The position numbers were made by a program, and so were the translations under genes. The notes under the pieces are model-generated. The model made no database searches. It saw only the letters and a program-made list of their open reading frames with translations, and was not told the DNA's origin. From Candidatus Bathyarchaeia archaeon (lineage in GTDB: Archaea; Thermoproteota; Bathyarchaeia; Bathyarchaeales; Bathycorpusculaceae), in NCBI GenBank assembly GCA_049521795.1, contig JBEKOM010000001.1, forward strand, positions 160,001 to 224,000: a stretch of 64,000 bases of DNA. Direction: 5' to 3'. How positions within the stretch are numbered: the stretch's first letter is position 1; the number at the start of each line of letters is the position of its first letter. This document shows positions 1 through 10,473 of this stretch, one piece after another.

Positions 1-945
1 GACCGCGAAGCTGTACCGTTTGATCAGCATTTCGTTGCAGTTTGGACAGTAGGTGTTCTCGTTTGGATGCCCTGGCACGTTTCCGATGTAAACGTAGTTT
101 AATCCAGCTTCTTTCGCTGTCATGTAGGCCTTCTCTAATGTTTCGATCGGTGTTGCAGGGATTGAGGTTAATTGATAGTCAGGATGAAAACGCAGCAGGT
201 GGAACGGTGTGTCCTTGCCGATTCCGTCTCTAATCCAGATTGCGAGCTCTTTTATTCTCTCTAGAGAATCTCCTGATTTCGGCACGATCAGGTTCGTGAT
301 TTCAAGGTGGATGTTGTTCCTTCTCATCTCTTTCAGAGCCTCGAAAATCGGGGCAACCGAAGGAACCGCTGAAAAAGTCTTGTAGAATTCCGGGTCTCCA
401 CCGCCTTTGAAGTCCACGGTTGCAGCGTCTAAATATGGTGCAATAGTCTTTACAGCCTCTGGCGTCATGTAACCGTTTGTCACAAACGTGTTGAAGAACC
501 CGACTTCGTGTGCCAGCCTGGACGTGTCGTAAGCGTACTCGAAGAATATCGTCGGCTCCGTGTAAGTGTAGCTTATTCCCTGACAGTCGTTCTCTCTGGC
601 AGTCTTAACAACCTCTTCAGGAGGAAGGCTGTTGCCCGCTATCTCCTTCTCTTGGCTGATCATCCAGTTGTCGCAGAACTGACAGCGGAAGTTGCAGCCC
701 ACCGTAGCGATGGACATAACCATGGCCCCGGGGTTAAAGTGTGCCAACGGCTTCTTCTCCACAGGGTCCACGCCGGCAGATATTGCCTTGGCATAGTTAA
801 GCGAAAAAAGAGTGCCGCTGTTGTTCTTTCTTACCAGACAGAAGCCTGCCCCTCCGTCATTTATGTGGCATCTTCTCGCACAAAGGTAGCAGTTGACTTT
901 CTTGTCCTCCAATTTCTGGTAAAGCATCGCTTCGTGAAGTGACAT
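1..945 (-). CDS. AmmeMemoRadiSam-type radical SAM enzyme (PFL-activase-like), 3' end runs off the window
   Basis: Manual minus-strand translation from ATG at 945: MSLHEAMLYQKLEDKKVNCYLCARRCHI...VDPVEKKPLAHFNPG...GCNFRCQFCDNWMISQ. Has the CxxxCxxC radical SAM motif and the N-terminal Cys cluster. Missing from the ORF track because it is open at the edge. Confidence 0.9.
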   Translation of the reverse strand, partial: MSLHEAMLYQKLEDKKVNCYLCARRCHINDGGAGFCLVRKNNSGTLFSLNYAKAISAGVDPVEKKPLAHFNPGAMVMSIATVGCNFRCQFCDNWMISQEKEIAGNSLPPEEVVKTARENDCQGISYTYTEPTIFFEYAYDTSRLAHEVGFFNTFVTNGYMTPEAVKTIAPYLDAATVDFKGGGDPEFYKTFSAVPSVAPIFEALKEMRRNNIHLEITNLIVPKSGDSLERIKELAIWIRDGIGKDTPFHLLRFHPDYQLTSIPATPIETLEKAYMTAKEAGLNYVYIGNVPGHPNENTYCPNCNEMLIKRYSFAV

Positions 946-1005
946 TTGATTGTCCTCTTGAGCCTTCATTCAAATATGGACTTATGAAGTATAACATCTA
1001 TTCGT

Positions 1006-1611
1006 TCATTTTGTGTCTTTTTCTATCATTTCGAAGACCAACGGGGAAGAAGTGGTTTTCACGTCTAATTCTACATCAAGCAAACCCTCCAGCAGGCCAG
1101 CCCAAATCTCAGATTCGCCTATGAAAGGCGTTTTTATAAGAAGGTACTTGTCCTTCAGGTAGAAATCACCAAAGCCCTGCACCCGCAAGCGCTTGAAAAC
1201 ATCCGACCATTTCTCCCTGTCCTCTGTTCGTAGTCCCAGTGTGGTTTCAATCGACACCTTTGTGGCTTCACCCATTCTTCTGCCGATTTCGCGCCATTTC
1301 TCCCGCGGAGTGTTTTGGATCAAGATGTTGAGCAGTTCAACGTTCACGAAGGCTACGCGGCTGATGCCGCAGTAGTACTCGCCTGGAAAACGCCAATCGT
1401 AAATCATCATGCTCCTGTAGACATCCAGCATCTTAGAAATGAGAGGCTTGATACCAGGCTCCTTCCCCTCACGGATCAAGGAGTCGATAAACTCTCTTTC
1501 ATCTTTCTCAAGGATTATTGTTGTTCTCTTGGCTGAACTTCCGCCTTTCTTAACCATTTCTTCAAGTTTTTTCTCTTTGTCGTTCTCCATAACCGGTATA
1601 TCTCGCAGCAT
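1006..1611 (-). CDS. Hypothetical protein, putative RHH-like N-terminus plus V4R/H-NOX-like C-terminal domain
   Basis: 201-aa ORF. KRTTIIL strand followed by helices (RHH-like); C-terminal IGRRMG...QGFGDF...GLLEGLL pattern resembles V4R-type folds. Confidence 0.55.
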   Translation of the reverse strand: MLRDIPVMENDKEKKLEEMVKKGGSSAKRTTIILEKDEREFIDSLIREGKEPGIKPLISKMLDVYRSMMIYDWRFPGEYYCGISRVAFVNVELLNILIQNTPREKWREIGRRMGEATKVSIETTLGLRTEDREKWSDVFKRLRVQGFGDFYLKDKYLLIKTPFIGESEIWAGLLEGLLDVELDVKTTSSPLVFEMIEKDTK

Positions 1612-1655
1612 ATTTTATATAATTTGCGTCCCTACAGAAGCATATTCAAACATAT

Positions 1656-2006
1656 TCACGCCCGAATCATCACCAAGAGCATCTTAAACCTTCGAGTCGC
1701 CCTCAACGCGTGCGGCTTATTTGCCGGCATCACAACCATTTCTCCTTCCTTCAGCGCAAAGGATTTGCCGGCCACGGTGACCTGCGCTTCTCCATCGACA
1801 ACGTAAATCAAAGCATCAAATGGAGGCTTATGCTCGCTCAGTCCTTCTTCCTTATCAAAAGCGAACAGCGTAACAGTCCCAGACTTCCTGTCGACAATTG
1901 CTCTACTCACAACGGAGCCTTTCTGATAAGTGATCAGATCAGCCATTCTTGTGGGCGCCATCAACCCAGCTTTCGAGACGTTCTTCCTGTTGTGCTGCAT
2001 TTCCAC
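1656..2006 (-). CDS. Cupin domain protein
   Basis: GSVVSRAI...VTLFAFDKEEGLSEH...GEMVVMPANKPHAL, a typical cupin_2 pattern. Confidence 0.9.
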   Translation of the reverse strand: MEMQHNRKNVSKAGLMAPTRMADLITYQKGSVVSRAIVDRKSGTVTLFAFDKEEGLSEHKPPFDALIYVVDGEAQVTVAGKSFALKEGEMVVMPANKPHALRATRRFKMLLVMIRA

Positions 2007-2198
2007 ACCTTTGTTCTACTCATGCAACAGTGTTCAATTGACGTAATTGTGGTTCGCGAAAGTATATGTCTTGCTTAACTTCCTTCGACCGAACCGTTTT
2101 TAACGGGCCTCAGGCACCTTTAGACCTGCCGATGACGAGCCTCATTGTCTGAAAAGGGTGATGTACTCTAGGGTATCTGAGGCAAAAACAGCCTGCGC

Positions 2199-2429
2199 TC
2201 AGGAAATGACTTTCTTCTTGATGAGGTACCACATCAACAATAGACCTAGAACCATGGCTCCTAACGCAAGCGCCGTCGAATAGAGAAAGCGCAACTTTGC
2301 AACAGAAATAAAAGCATAAGCCGCGTAAGGCGCTCCAAACAGCAAGAGGCCCATGACAAGCACGAGAAGCATTCTCCAGTACTTTGAGTTGAAGAATCCA
2401 GCTTTCGTTTTCTGCTTTTGTTCCGTCAA
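2199..2429 (-). CDS. Small two-TM membrane protein
   Basis: Probable TTG start at 2429 (MTEQKQKTKAGFFNSKYWRMLLVLVMG...), two hydrophobic segments. The longer track ORF overlaps the PAC2 gene. Confidence 0.6.
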   Translation of the reverse strand: MTEQKQKTKAGFFNSKYWRMLLVLVMGLLLFGAPYAAYAFISVAKLRFLYSTALALGAMVLGLLLMWYLIKKKVIS

Positions 2430-2473
2430 CCTTCGCTTTCGCCTCGATGAAAACTTAGAATCGATGTTTTCTC

Positions 2474-3118
2474 TTATAACCCTTCCTTTACCTCGTTGCC
2501 CAGAGCCTTCATCAGAAACTTGAACACGGTAAAACCTGCGCCTCGGTCTGCCTTGAAGCCCGTCGTTGCCCCCAGCAGGCACACACCTTCTAACCCCCGC
2601 TCCTTTGCAAGCCCCAACGTGAGACCCGTAGCCCCGACGACCCTGGCCTTGCTGTATATTACAGCGCCTTTCTCCATAAAATCCAGCGCAATTCTTGATG
2701 AAGTCGCCGCGACATACACCTGTGCCTTCTCGTCTTTGACGGGCGCTCCGCCCAGCGTTACAAGGAAGCTGCAGCCTCTCTTTTCGATGAAATCCAGCGT
2801 TTCACCGCAAAGAGCGTAATGCGCGACCACATCGTCGAAAGAGGGCTGCGTGTCACCTGTCATTATGATGAAATCGTTTTTTTCTGTAGGCGCGGCGTAG
2901 AACTCGTACCGCGGCAGATGACAGATCCCTTTTGAATTGATCGAGACATAGTCTGGGAAAGAGGGTGAATACAGCTCGGCAAAAAGCTTCGCTCCAGAGA
3001 ACTTCATCAACAGGTAAGCTGCAATCTTGCCAACGTTCCCGAACCCGGGAAGACCTTGCACAAAAATCGGATTCTTAAGGGTAGGACTTGTTGTCTGTCT
3101 GAGATAGGGTTTGTTCAA
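2474..3118 (-). CDS. PAC2-family proteasome assembly chaperone
   Basis: GLPGFGNVGKIAA, LYSPSFP, GDTQP, TLGG and GVCLLGAT motifs. Confidence 0.9.
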   Translation of the reverse strand: MNKPYLRQTTSPTLKNPIFVQGLPGFGNVGKIAAYLLMKFSGAKLFAELYSPSFPDYVSINSKGICHLPRYEFYAAPTEKNDFIIMTGDTQPSFDDVVAHYALCGETLDFIEKRGCSFLVTLGGAPVKDEKAQVYVAATSSRIALDFMEKGAVIYSKARVVGATGLTLGLAKERGLEGVCLLGATTGFKADRGAGFTVFKFLMKALGNEVKEGL

Positions 3119-3270
3119 GCCTCAATGCACCAAACTCAATAGGTAAACATTGCGAGTCTAAAACGTTTCCGTCTTTCAAGCAACTTCAAAGAGACCCGAA
3201 AACTCTGGTCGTAAGCCAAATCTTTTTGGTAAAAGATTTAAGAGAGCAACCCTTCAGCATAAAAGAAAGC

Positions 3271-3392
3271 AGCGGGGTGGGGTAGCCAGGATTAACCCGC
3301 TGGGCTCATAAGAGCTCGAATGCTCTGAGGGACCCAGAGATAGCAGCAAGATCAAGCTGCCTCTAGCGGTTGTTCAAATCAACCCCCCGCTA
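3271..3392 (+). tRNA. Initiator tRNA-Met(CAT) with two introns (3311-3331 at 37/38; 3342-3366 at 47/48)
   Basis: Spliced sequence AGCGGGGTGGGGTAGCCAGGATTAACCCGCTGGGCTCATAACCCAGAGATCGGTTGTTCAAATCAACCCCCCGCTA folds as a cloverleaf with A1-U72 and GGG/CCC in the anticodon stem. Both introns have bulge-helix-bulge motifs. Confidence 0.93.
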
Positions 3393-3476
3393 TCAAACAG
3401 ACCTGTTGAAGATTTTCGCCCAAGAAAAAGAAAGTTGAAACTGAAAGGTCAGCGCGTCTTCTCTATGAATGGAATT

Positions 3477-3683
3477 CTAGGCTTTTCCTTTCTCTTCCTT
3501 CCCGAAGTATGTTGTCCATTTGAGCTTTCGTGCGTCTCTTCCAAACAGCAAAGAACTCTTTCTACATTTGCTTGAGCAGAACCACAAGACTGACCCATCG
3601 TTCTTGACGAACATCATGCCCGTGCCCGCTGGGAAATCGTTACCGCAGAATGAGCATCTCCTAGGTCTCGGCATGATGGGCAT
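3477..3683 (-). CDS. rpl24e: 50S ribosomal protein L24e
   Basis: CSFCG...[21 protein letters not shown]...RKLKWT. Confidence 0.97.
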   Translation of the reverse strand: MPIMPRPRRCSFCGNDFPAGTGMMFVKNDGSVLWFCSSKCRKSSLLFGRDARKLKWTTYFGKEEKGKA

Positions 3684-3704
3684 CCCCTGCGACCTGATTC
3701 AAAT

Positions 3705-3938
3705 TTATCTATTGATCTTCTTTGCTTCTCTCTCAGTTTCTCTGAGCATGAGAACGTCTTGAGCCCGAACTGGTCCCTTAACGTTCCGCGTTATGATGCG
3801 CCCTTTGTCTTTTCCTTCGAGAATTCTTATTCTGACCTGAGCGATTTCACCCGTCACACCTGTGCGCCCGATGACTTGAATTACCTCGGCCGGGGTAAGC
3901 TGCACATGCTCAGTCTCTCTTGCCTCTTTGCTCATCAC
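3705..3938 (-). CDS. rps28e: 30S ribosomal protein S28e
   Basis: [15 protein letters not shown]...RNVKGPVR...LRETEREA. Confidence 0.97.
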   Translation of the reverse strand: MMSKEARETEHVQLTPAEVIQVIGRTGVTGEIAQVRIRILEGKDKGRIITRNVKGPVRAQDVLMLRETEREAKKINR

Positions 3939-4315
3939 TTTGCCCCGCTTTTGGCCTGCTCGATTCTTTCAACTATCTCCTTGACCAGTCCCGTGGCGTC
4001 TCCTTCTTTGACGATGCTTGCGGCGCCAGCAGGAACATCAATGCCTATCGCGGCCCCTATCTTCTCCTTGCTCGGGACGAAGACGTAAGGAATCTTCCTT
4101 TCCTCACACAAAAGAGGCAAGTGCGCGACAACCTCCGGCGGCTGTACATCCTCTGCCACAACCACAAGCTTGGCCTGAGCTCTTTCAATAGCCTTCGTCG
4201 TTTCGTTCGTGCCTTTCCTCACAGAGCCTGTTCTTGCGGCTATTTGCAGGGCTTCATAGGCCGCATCTGCAAGTTCCTTCGAAACCTCAAACTTCACATA
4301 AAACGGTTTGGACAT
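3935..4315 (-). CDS. rpl7ae: 50S ribosomal protein L7Ae
   Basis: [11 protein letters not shown]...[13 protein letters not shown]...[19 protein letters not shown]. Start placed at ATG 4315, after a GGTGAGG RBS. Confidence 0.97.
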   Translation of the reverse strand: MSKPFYVKFEVSKELADAAYEALQIAARTGSVRKGTNETTKAIERAQAKLVVVAEDVQPPEVVAHLPLLCEERKIPYVFVPSKEKIGAAIGIDVPAGAASIVKEGDATGLVKEIVERIEQAKSGAK

Positions 4316-4707
4316 AGCCTCACCCTTCAAATGCACAGTCTAATCAACAGTCCTTATTTATGAAGGTTTCGACCTCTCGAAGTAACCTTCTGCCACGTCT
4401 TTTCATGATAAGCCCGACCCAGTCCGATACAGTGCGCTGAGAAAAAGTGTTTTGTCGTGCCAATGGACAAGGAGTCTTTCCCTTCAGGAAGGTTTTCACG
4501 CAAACCACACGCTTGGACAGTGAAAAGCTGACATCTGGAACGCGCAAGTCAAATTTCTGCCAAGATCACGATGATAACCAAGGTTAAAATCGGCTGTTGC
4601 AGGCCCGCTTTTAGAAAATGGCCGTGTTCCTAAAGTTTAGACGTAGAAAAGTTTAAATAGGCTGCTTGGCTGAAGCCTTTTGCTTTTCGTGAGGGGAAAA
4701 TTAAAAT

Positions 4708-4965
4708 TTGCAGAGACTAGGCCTAATCCTTCACATAAGCCCAAGTCGGAACATGATAGCGAAGGTTGAAAACATTCCGAGGATCGGCGAAACAGTCGTT
4801 GATGAAAACCTAAAACCCGTCGGAAAGGTTTTTGACATACTCGGTCCAGTGTCCTCGCCTTACGTTGCAATACGACCCACGGTGCATGGCCTTGAAAGAT
4901 TGATCAACAAACCGGTCTACGTGATCCCCTCAAGAAGGAGAAAGGAGAAAAACAAGTATGGATGA
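4708..4965 (+). CDS. gar1: H/ACA RNP protein Gar1/Naf1
   Basis: [32 protein letters not shown]; conserved position upstream of tfb. Confidence 0.9.
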   Translation: MQRLGLILHISPSRNMIAKVENIPRIGETVVDENLKPVGKVFDILGPVSSPYVAIRPTVHGLERLINKPVYVIPSRRRKEKNKYG

Positions 4966-5932
4966 TAGTGACGAAGCTCAGGCAAACCCAGATTCGTCCG
5001 CATCGCCGCAGAACCCTGAGCAAGTGAAGATCCAGACCTGTCCGGAATGCCACAGCACAAGGCTCATGCGCGATTATGAATGTGCAGAAATCGTTTGTAT
5101 GAACTGCGGTTTCGTCCTGGCTGCGAAGATAACTGACAGGGGACCAGAGTGGAGAGCTTTCGACGATGAACAAAGAGCCAAGAGAACTAGGGTAGGCGCA
5201 CCGTTGACCTACACTATTCACGACAAAGGCTTGTCAACAATGATTGACTGGCACGACAGAGACGTTTATGGGAAAAGCCTATCGCCAGGACAGAAGGCGC
5301 AGGTTTACAGGCTCAGAAAATGGCAGCGTCGCATAAGGGTTTCAGACGCAACGGAACGTAACCTTGCCTTCGCATTGTCCGAAATCACGAAGATTGCCAA
5401 CAACCTGAACCTTCCCAAGAGCATTCTTGAAACAGCTTCGGTCATCTACCGAAAGGCCGTCAAAGAGAGGCTCATAAGAGGAAGGTCCATTCAAGGCGTA
5501 ACCGCAGCAGCAATCTATTTGGCCTGCAGACAGTGTTCGCTGGCTAGAACATTGGAGGAGATAGCGCAAGCTTCGAGTGTGAACAAGAAGGAGGTCGGAC
5601 GGAGCTACCGCTTTCTAATCAAGGAACTGAACTATTCGATACCGCCCCTGAGACCAAGCCAGTACATCACAAAGTTCTCAAATCAACTAACGATGCAGGG
5701 AAAGGTAGAAGAGATCGCCCACAAAATCCTAGGAGCAGCAAAAGAACTCAAACTGACCTCAGGCCGAGGCCCCACGGGCATCGCAGCAGCAGCAAGTTAC
5801 ATTGCCTCTGTACTGACCGGCGAAAGAAAAACACAGAGAGAAATAGCCGAGATAGCGCAGGTAACCGAGGTCACCATTCGAAACAGGTACAAAGAACTTG
5901 TTGAACGACTAATGTTCCACATGACCATCTAA
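4958..5932 (+). CDS. tfb: Transcription initiation factor IIB
   Basis: Zn ribbon CPEC...CMNCG, GPEWRAF, two cyclin repeats, [13 protein letters not shown]. Confidence 0.98.
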   Translation: MDDSDEAQANPDSSASPQNPEQVKIQTCPECHSTRLMRDYECAEIVCMNCGFVLAAKITDRGPEWRAFDDEQRAKRTRVGAPLTYTIHDKGLSTMIDWHDRDVYGKSLSPGQKAQVYRLRKWQRRIRVSDATERNLAFALSEITKIANNLNLPKSILETASVIYRKAVKERLIRGRSIQGVTAAAIYLACRQCSLARTLEEIAQASSVNKKEVGRSYRFLIKELNYSIPPLRPSQYITKFSNQLTMQGKVEEIAHKILGAAKELKLTSGRGPTGIAAAASYIASVLTGERKTQREIAEIAQVTEVTIRNRYKELVERLMFHMTI

Positions 5933-6033
5933 CACCATCCCTCCCTTTTTTCTTAACATCAACAGCGCGTTTCATGCTTTTCTACGAAACAGATTTTAGA
6001 CGCAGCACGCGATAAATCATTCGGGGAATCTGC

Positions 6034-6459
6034 TTGGTCAACTGCCCAAAATGCGGCTGCGAAGTGGCCGCGCCTGTCAAAACTTGGCCGATTCCCTCTC
6101 GTGCACCCTTGAAAAAAGGTGAAAAAGTCAAACTTGCTGCCATATTTGAATGCCCCAGTTGCAAGGCCAGGTTCAGATCGGCCGTTGAACACGAAACGAA
6201 AATTCAACAGACAGCAAGTATTAAAAATATGGTGGGAAGAATTAAGGGCATCAAGGAAGAACTCATGCAGACACTCACGAATCTCCGCGAGAAGATAAAA
6301 ACTCTGGAGACAGAACGGGCAAACCTCATGGGCGAGATAGAAAACCTGAGAAAAGTTGCAGAGTCTAGAGCGGACGCCCTTGAAAACGAAGTGAGTGGGC
6401 TCAGAGAAGAAGTGAGATCTCTCAGAGACCTTTTGGGAAATTCGGAAAAAGAAAAATAG
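6034..6459 (+). CDS. Cren7-like zinc-ribbon domain fused to a coiled coil
   Basis: CPKCG..PVKTW....K.AAIFECPSCKARFR followed by about 80 aa of heptad repeats. Confidence 0.6.
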   Translation: MVNCPKCGCEVAAPVKTWPIPSRAPLKKGEKVKLAAIFECPSCKARFRSAVEHETKIQQTASIKNMVGRIKGIKEELMQTLTNLREKIKTLETERANLMGEIENLRKVAESRADALENEVSGLREEVRSLRDLLGNSEKEK

Positions 6460-6482
6460 AAAAACCGCTTCTCACGGTTTTT
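6460..6482. terminator. Bidirectional hairpin/U-tract terminator between convergent genes
   Basis: AAAAACCG-cttctca-CGGTTTTT inverted repeat between the stops at 6459 (+) and 6509 (-). Confidence 0.55.
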
Positions 6483-6508
6483 GACTTGAAGACCAGATAT
6501 TTCTGCGG

Positions 6509-6901
6509 CTAAGCCACCAGGACTTTCTTGTAGAATTCCTGCGCAACGGCCACCGCTTTCTCAGGGTTTTTCAATATCACGTATTGTCGACCTGTGACTC
6601 TTGCTGCATCAGTGTAATGTTCAACGACTTTCTTCACGTTTCCCTCGTAGATCGCTAGCCCCCCAGCGACCTCATACCACATCCCAGCCCTTGCCATGTC
6701 CCCGTCTTTTTCACTCTTCTTAGCGTTGTCAGCCGCCTGCTTCAAAGAAGTCTCGACCTTCCTAGGGTCGAGAAACATAGTTGAACATAGTGCTTCGTAG
6801 GTTTCCTTGTCGTTCCCAGTAAGCTGTTCAAGTTCCGAAACCTTCTTCTCATGTTCAACATCAGATTTCTTTTCTTCTCTTCTTCTTCTGAACCTTTGCA
6901 A
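6509..6901 (-). CDS. Hypothetical helical (TPR-like) protein
   Basis: 130-aa ORF filling the space between neighbours; alpha-helical repeat-like pattern (ARAGMWYEVAGGLAIYEG). Confidence 0.6.
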   Translation of the reverse strand: MQRFRRRREEKKSDVEHEKKVSELEQLTGNDKETYEALCSTMFLDPRKVETSLKQAADNAKKSEKDGDMARAGMWYEVAGGLAIYEGNVKKVVEHYTDAARVTGRQYVILKNPEKAVAVAQEFYKKVLVA

Positions 6902-6986
6902 GCTAAACCTCCGCTTGGAATACCTTCAATTTTGGACTAGTATACAATAGTTAATCTTAAAGGTTTGTCTCTCCACAAGCTATGGT

Positions 6987-7601
6987 ATGCCATACAAGTT
7001 CACGTTTGATCTTTCAAAAATCCCGCGTTTCTTCTTCACCGAGATAGCTAAGGCCAGCTATCAAAAGGGCATGAATAAACAGGTTAGCAAGACAGCACAA
7101 GAGATCATAAGAAAATTCAAGATAGAAGAGGCAACAGGCCTCAACTTGTACGACGCTGTAACCCTTCTAGAAGACTTGATGGATGCACAAGCAAGAAACC
7201 TCATCGAAAGAGAAAAATTCGTTCAAACAAAAAGGAGAGCCTTGTTCTTGCCTCACTGTTCCAGGAAGTTTATGGACAACAGATGCGGGGCGTCCTTCGA
7301 CCCGAGCATCCCCTCTTACGTATGCGTCCATTGCTCATCAGACTGCCCTGTAGGAAGAGCGGTTCTTTTCGGCCAGAAGAAAGGCTATGACGTGTACATC
7401 CTGCCAGGAGGTTCGTGCATTCCGAAGATTCTGAAGGCCAAGCAGTATGAAGGCGTCGTGGGAGTTGCTTGTGGCGAAGAAGTGAGACTCGGAGGAGACG
7501 TGTTGAAAGCCATGAACGTCGTTGGCCAGCACGTTCCACTGATAAAAAATGGATGCGCCAACACTGCTTTTAACATTGAAACGCTGTTCAACGTTCTGTA
7601 A
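6987..7601 (+). CDS. DUF116 domain protein (Cys-rich, metal-binding)
   Basis: LFLPHCSR..C...CVHCSSDC...YILPGGS...GVVGVAC...[10 protein letters not shown]. Confidence 0.85.
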   Translation: MPYKFTFDLSKIPRFFFTEIAKASYQKGMNKQVSKTAQEIIRKFKIEEATGLNLYDAVTLLEDLMDAQARNLIEREKFVQTKRRALFLPHCSRKFMDNRCGASFDPSIPSYVCVHCSSDCPVGRAVLFGQKKGYDVYILPGGSCIPKILKAKQYEGVVGVACGEEVRLGGDVLKAMNVVGQHVPLIKNGCANTAFNIETLFNVL

Positions 7602-7622
7602 GAGAACAGAAAACAGCGAAGA

Positions 7623-7784
7623 CTACTTCACGATTTCTCTTTTCTTCCACCGCAAGTTCTTTGCATGACACTTTCTGCACTTTGTGGCGGTTGCTGCGTT
7701 CCTTGCGCCGCAGTCACGGCATATTTTCATGTACAACCTGTGCTTCTGAGCCAGTGCCTTCTTCAGCGGATCCAATATTGGCAT
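7623..7784 (-). CDS. rpl40e: 50S ribosomal protein L40e
   Basis: MPILDP...[29 protein letters not shown]; start at ATG 7784. Confidence 0.95.
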   Translation of the reverse strand: MPILDPLKKALAQKHRLYMKICRDCGARNAATATKCRKCHAKNLRWKKREIVK

Positions 7785-7869
7785 TTTCTCGTCCCACTTT
7801 TCGGAGGCTAACACTCACACGGTTCAGTGTCAAATATACTTTTTGTTCCCCTCGACAACGTTGGCTACT

Positions 7870-8745
7870 CTATGATACCAACCTTTTTGCCAACAGTTCA
7901 GGTACGTCACCCGGTTTCTCAGCGACTGCAACGCCGGCTTCCTTGAAAGCTTCAATCTTGCTTTCAGCCGTTCCTGCTTTGCCCATAACTATCGCTCCTG
8001 CATGGCCCATGCGTTTTCCCGGCGGAGCCGAACGACCAGCCACGAATGCTACAACGGGTTTCGAGTATTTTTCCGTCGCAATGTACTTTGCCGCCAGCTC
8101 TTCAAGGTTGCCGCCGATCTCACCTATCAAAACCACAGCTCTTGTTTGAGGGTCCTTCGCGAACATCTTCAGGGCGTCTGTGAAGTTTAGCCCTGTTATT
8201 GGGTCTCCTCCAAGACCGAGACACGTCGACTGACCTAAGCCTTTCCTCGTCAAACCGGCAGCTATTTCATAAGTGAGGGTACCGCTCCTGGAAACCATGC
8301 CCACGCTGCCAGACGTGAAGATGTGTGAAGGCATGATGCCAAGCTTGCAGGCTCCAGGCGTTATTATGCCAGGAGTGTTCGGACCAATTATCCTTGCCTT
8401 CTTCTGACTCGCATAGGCCATGATTTCGATAGCGTCTCTTATCGGGATGTGTTCGGTTATTATCACGACCGTTCTTATGCCGTTGTCAAGCGCTTCAAGC
8501 GCTGCGTCTGCTGCAAACGGCGCCGGCACAAAGATTATCGAAGCGTTGGCACGACGTTTTTCCTGGGCTTCCTCAACGGTGTCGTAGACTGGAACGCCGT
8601 GCACTTCCAATCCTCCCTTCCCAGGCGAGGTGCCGCCAACTATTCTTGTTCCACAGTCGATCATGAGCTTAGTGTGGAAACTTCCTTGAGATCCGGTTAT
8701 ACCTTGAACGATTGCCCGTGTGTTCTTGCCAATTATTATTGCCAA
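7870..8745 (-). CDS. sucD: Succinate--CoA ligase alpha subunit
   Basis: [39 protein letters not shown] (phospho-His). Confidence 0.96.
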   Translation of the reverse strand: MAIIIGKNTRAIVQGITGSQGSFHTKLMIDCGTRIVGGTSPGKGGLEVHGVPVYDTVEEAQEKRRANASIIFVPAPFAADAALEALDNGIRTVVIITEHIPIRDAIEIMAYASQKKARIIGPNTPGIITPGACKLGIMPSHIFTSGSVGMVSRSGTLTYEIAAGLTRKGLGQSTCLGLGGDPITGLNFTDALKMFAKDPQTRAVVLIGEIGGNLEELAAKYIATEKYSKPVVAFVAGRSAPPGKRMGHAGAIVMGKAGTAESKIEAFKEAGVAVAEKPGDVPELLAKRLVS

Positions 8746-8759
8746 AGCCAGTTGCCTTC

Positions 8760-9896
8760 CTACTTGGACATTTCAACGACCCGCCGAGCGGCCTCCTCCA
8801 TGCTTTCTAGCACGTGGATCCCGGCTTCTTTCAGTATTCGCTTACCCTCCGCGTCGTTTGTGCCTACGAGTCTGATCACCATGGGTGTGGTTACTCCGAC
8901 CTTCTCTTTCGCCTCAAGTATACCTCGTGCAACTTCGTCACAGCGCGTGATCCCGCCTAGAATGTTTATGAAGAGTGTTTTTACTCGCGGGTCAGACAAC
9001 ACTATTTTCAGCGCCAGGGCCGTTTTTTCTGATGGCGCTCCGCCTCCGACATCTAAGAAGTTGGCTGGTTTTCCCCCGTAGTACTGGATCGTGTCCAGTG
9101 TCGCCATCACGAGGCCTGCTCCATTGCCGATCACACCTATGTTGCCTTCCAGTCTAACGTACGCTAGATCGTTGTTCATAGCTTCCAACTCCTGTGAACT
9201 AAGGTCGCTTTCGCCTTCCAGAAGCCTCTTCTTATAATCTTGATGCCTGAACAACGCGTTGTCATCGACGATAATCCTTGCGTCTGCTGCCACAAATCTC
9301 CCTTCCGCAGTTTCCACCAAAGGGTTCATCTCAATCAATTCAGCGTCATTTTCCAACGCAGCAACGTAGAGTCTTTCAAGGGTTTTTCCCAAGTCAGATA
9401 TCTGGTTGCCCCTGTAACCCATCTTCGTCGCAATTTCTTTGGTTTGAAAGGAGCGGAGACCGAGCTGGGGGTTTATGGAGGTTTTCACCACTTTTTCAGG
9501 CGTTCTTGAAGCTACTTCCTCGATGTCTACGCCGCCCAGTGAAGAAGCGACAGCAACATAGCATCGGTTAAGTCTGTCAGTTGTTATGCCAAAGTAAAGC
9601 TCTTTCTTTACCTGAATTTTCTCCTCGACCCAGACGCTCTTGACAGGTATCTCCTTTATCTTCATGCTCAGCAGCTTTTCTGCTGCTTTTTCAGCCTCCT
9701 CAGCCGACTGGGCAAAAAGTATGCCGCCTGCCTTTCCTCTTCCAGCGACCAACACTTGAGCCTTGACCACTACTGGCAGCCTGAGCCTAGCGGCGACTTC
9801 GCGAGCCTGGCCCGCACTCGTCGCCAATCCGCCTTGAGGCGTTGTGATCCCGTGTTTCCCAAGAATGTTTTTTGCTTCATACTCGTAAAGCTTCAA
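8760..9896 (-). CDS. sucC: Succinate--CoA ligase beta subunit (ADP-forming)
   Basis: [49 protein letters not shown]. Confidence 0.96.
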   Translation of the reverse strand: MKLYEYEAKNILGKHGITTPQGGLATSAGQAREVAARLRLPVVVKAQVLVAGRGKAGGILFAQSAEEAEKAAEKLLSMKIKEIPVKSVWVEEKIQVKKELYFGITTDRLNRCYVAVASSLGGVDIEEVASRTPEKVVKTSINPQLGLRSFQTKEIATKMGYRGNQISDLGKTLERLYVAALENDAELIEMNPLVETAEGRFVAADARIIVDDNALFRHQDYKKRLLEGESDLSSQELEAMNNDLAYVRLEGNIGVIGNGAGLVMATLDTIQYYGGKPANFLDVGGGAPSEKTALALKIVLSDPRVKTLFINILGGITRCDEVARGILEAKEKVGVTTPMVIRLVGTNDAEGKRILKEAGIHVLESMEEAARRVVEMSK

Positions 9897-9908
9897 CCTC
9901 TCGCCCCC

Positions 9909-10367
9909 TCATCTTATGACTTCTATCGTGACGTAGGACTTTGTATCTTGTATACCGTCAACAGAAGACAGCTTTTTCAACACTTCGTCAAGCTTCTCCC
10001 TGTCAACCACGGCGAGTGCGTCAACGTCTCCTGCGATTCTAAACGCTCTTTGAACGGCAAGTTCCTTGACTTTCTCGTAAACGTAACTTCTCTTGAGAGG
10101 TGAAACCTTGATCAGTATGAAGGCAGGTGTTGAGGATATTCCAAGTGCGCTCAATCCCCGGTCTGTCACGTCTATGAAGCCTCTGCCGGTACGTATGTAG
10201 CGCAGGTCCCTGAGTTTTCTCAGATGTACGTTCAAGGCTTGTCTGCTTATGCCGAGCTGTTTTGCCAGTTCGTCTTGCTTCAAGCGAAGTGTGTAGGTGC
10301 TTGTGGCCTCGCCTCTTTCATAGAGCATTCGAAGCAGTTGCATTGAACGTCTTGTCAGCGCTTCCAA
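9909..10367 (-). CDS. Lrp/AsnC-type transcriptional regulator (HTH plus RAM domain)
   Basis: QDELAKQLGISRQALNVHLRKL HTH; C-terminal AFILIKV...IAGDVD...GIQDTKSYV RAM domain. Confidence 0.85.
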   Translation of the reverse strand: MEALTRRSMQLLRMLYERGEATSTYTLRLKQDELAKQLGISRQALNVHLRKLRDLRYIRTGRGFIDVTDRGLSALGISSTPAFILIKVSPLKRSYVYEKVKELAVQRAFRIAGDVDALAVVDREKLDEVLKKLSSVDGIQDTKSYVTIEVIR

Positions 10368-10473
10368 ACACCGTTCCTCATCGTTGTAGTTTGTTAAGTC
10401 AGAGTTTTACAATAGTAGCTCTCTTTTAAGTTTTTAGCAAGACAGAGGCAAATTGGATCAAACGCAACAGGAT

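Noticed and set aside
42-942. Plus-strand track ORFs 42-233 and 508-942
   Set aside because: Antisense shadows of the radical SAM gene. The same applies to most short track ORFs overlapping confident genes.
4337-4707. Possible C/D-box sRNA or L7Ae K-turn leader in the rpl7ae-gar1 gap (ATGATAA...CTGA near 4406-4440)
   Set aside because: The box C match is imperfect, spacing is short and there are no clear C'/D' boxes or K-turn; it cannot be supported without a covariance search.
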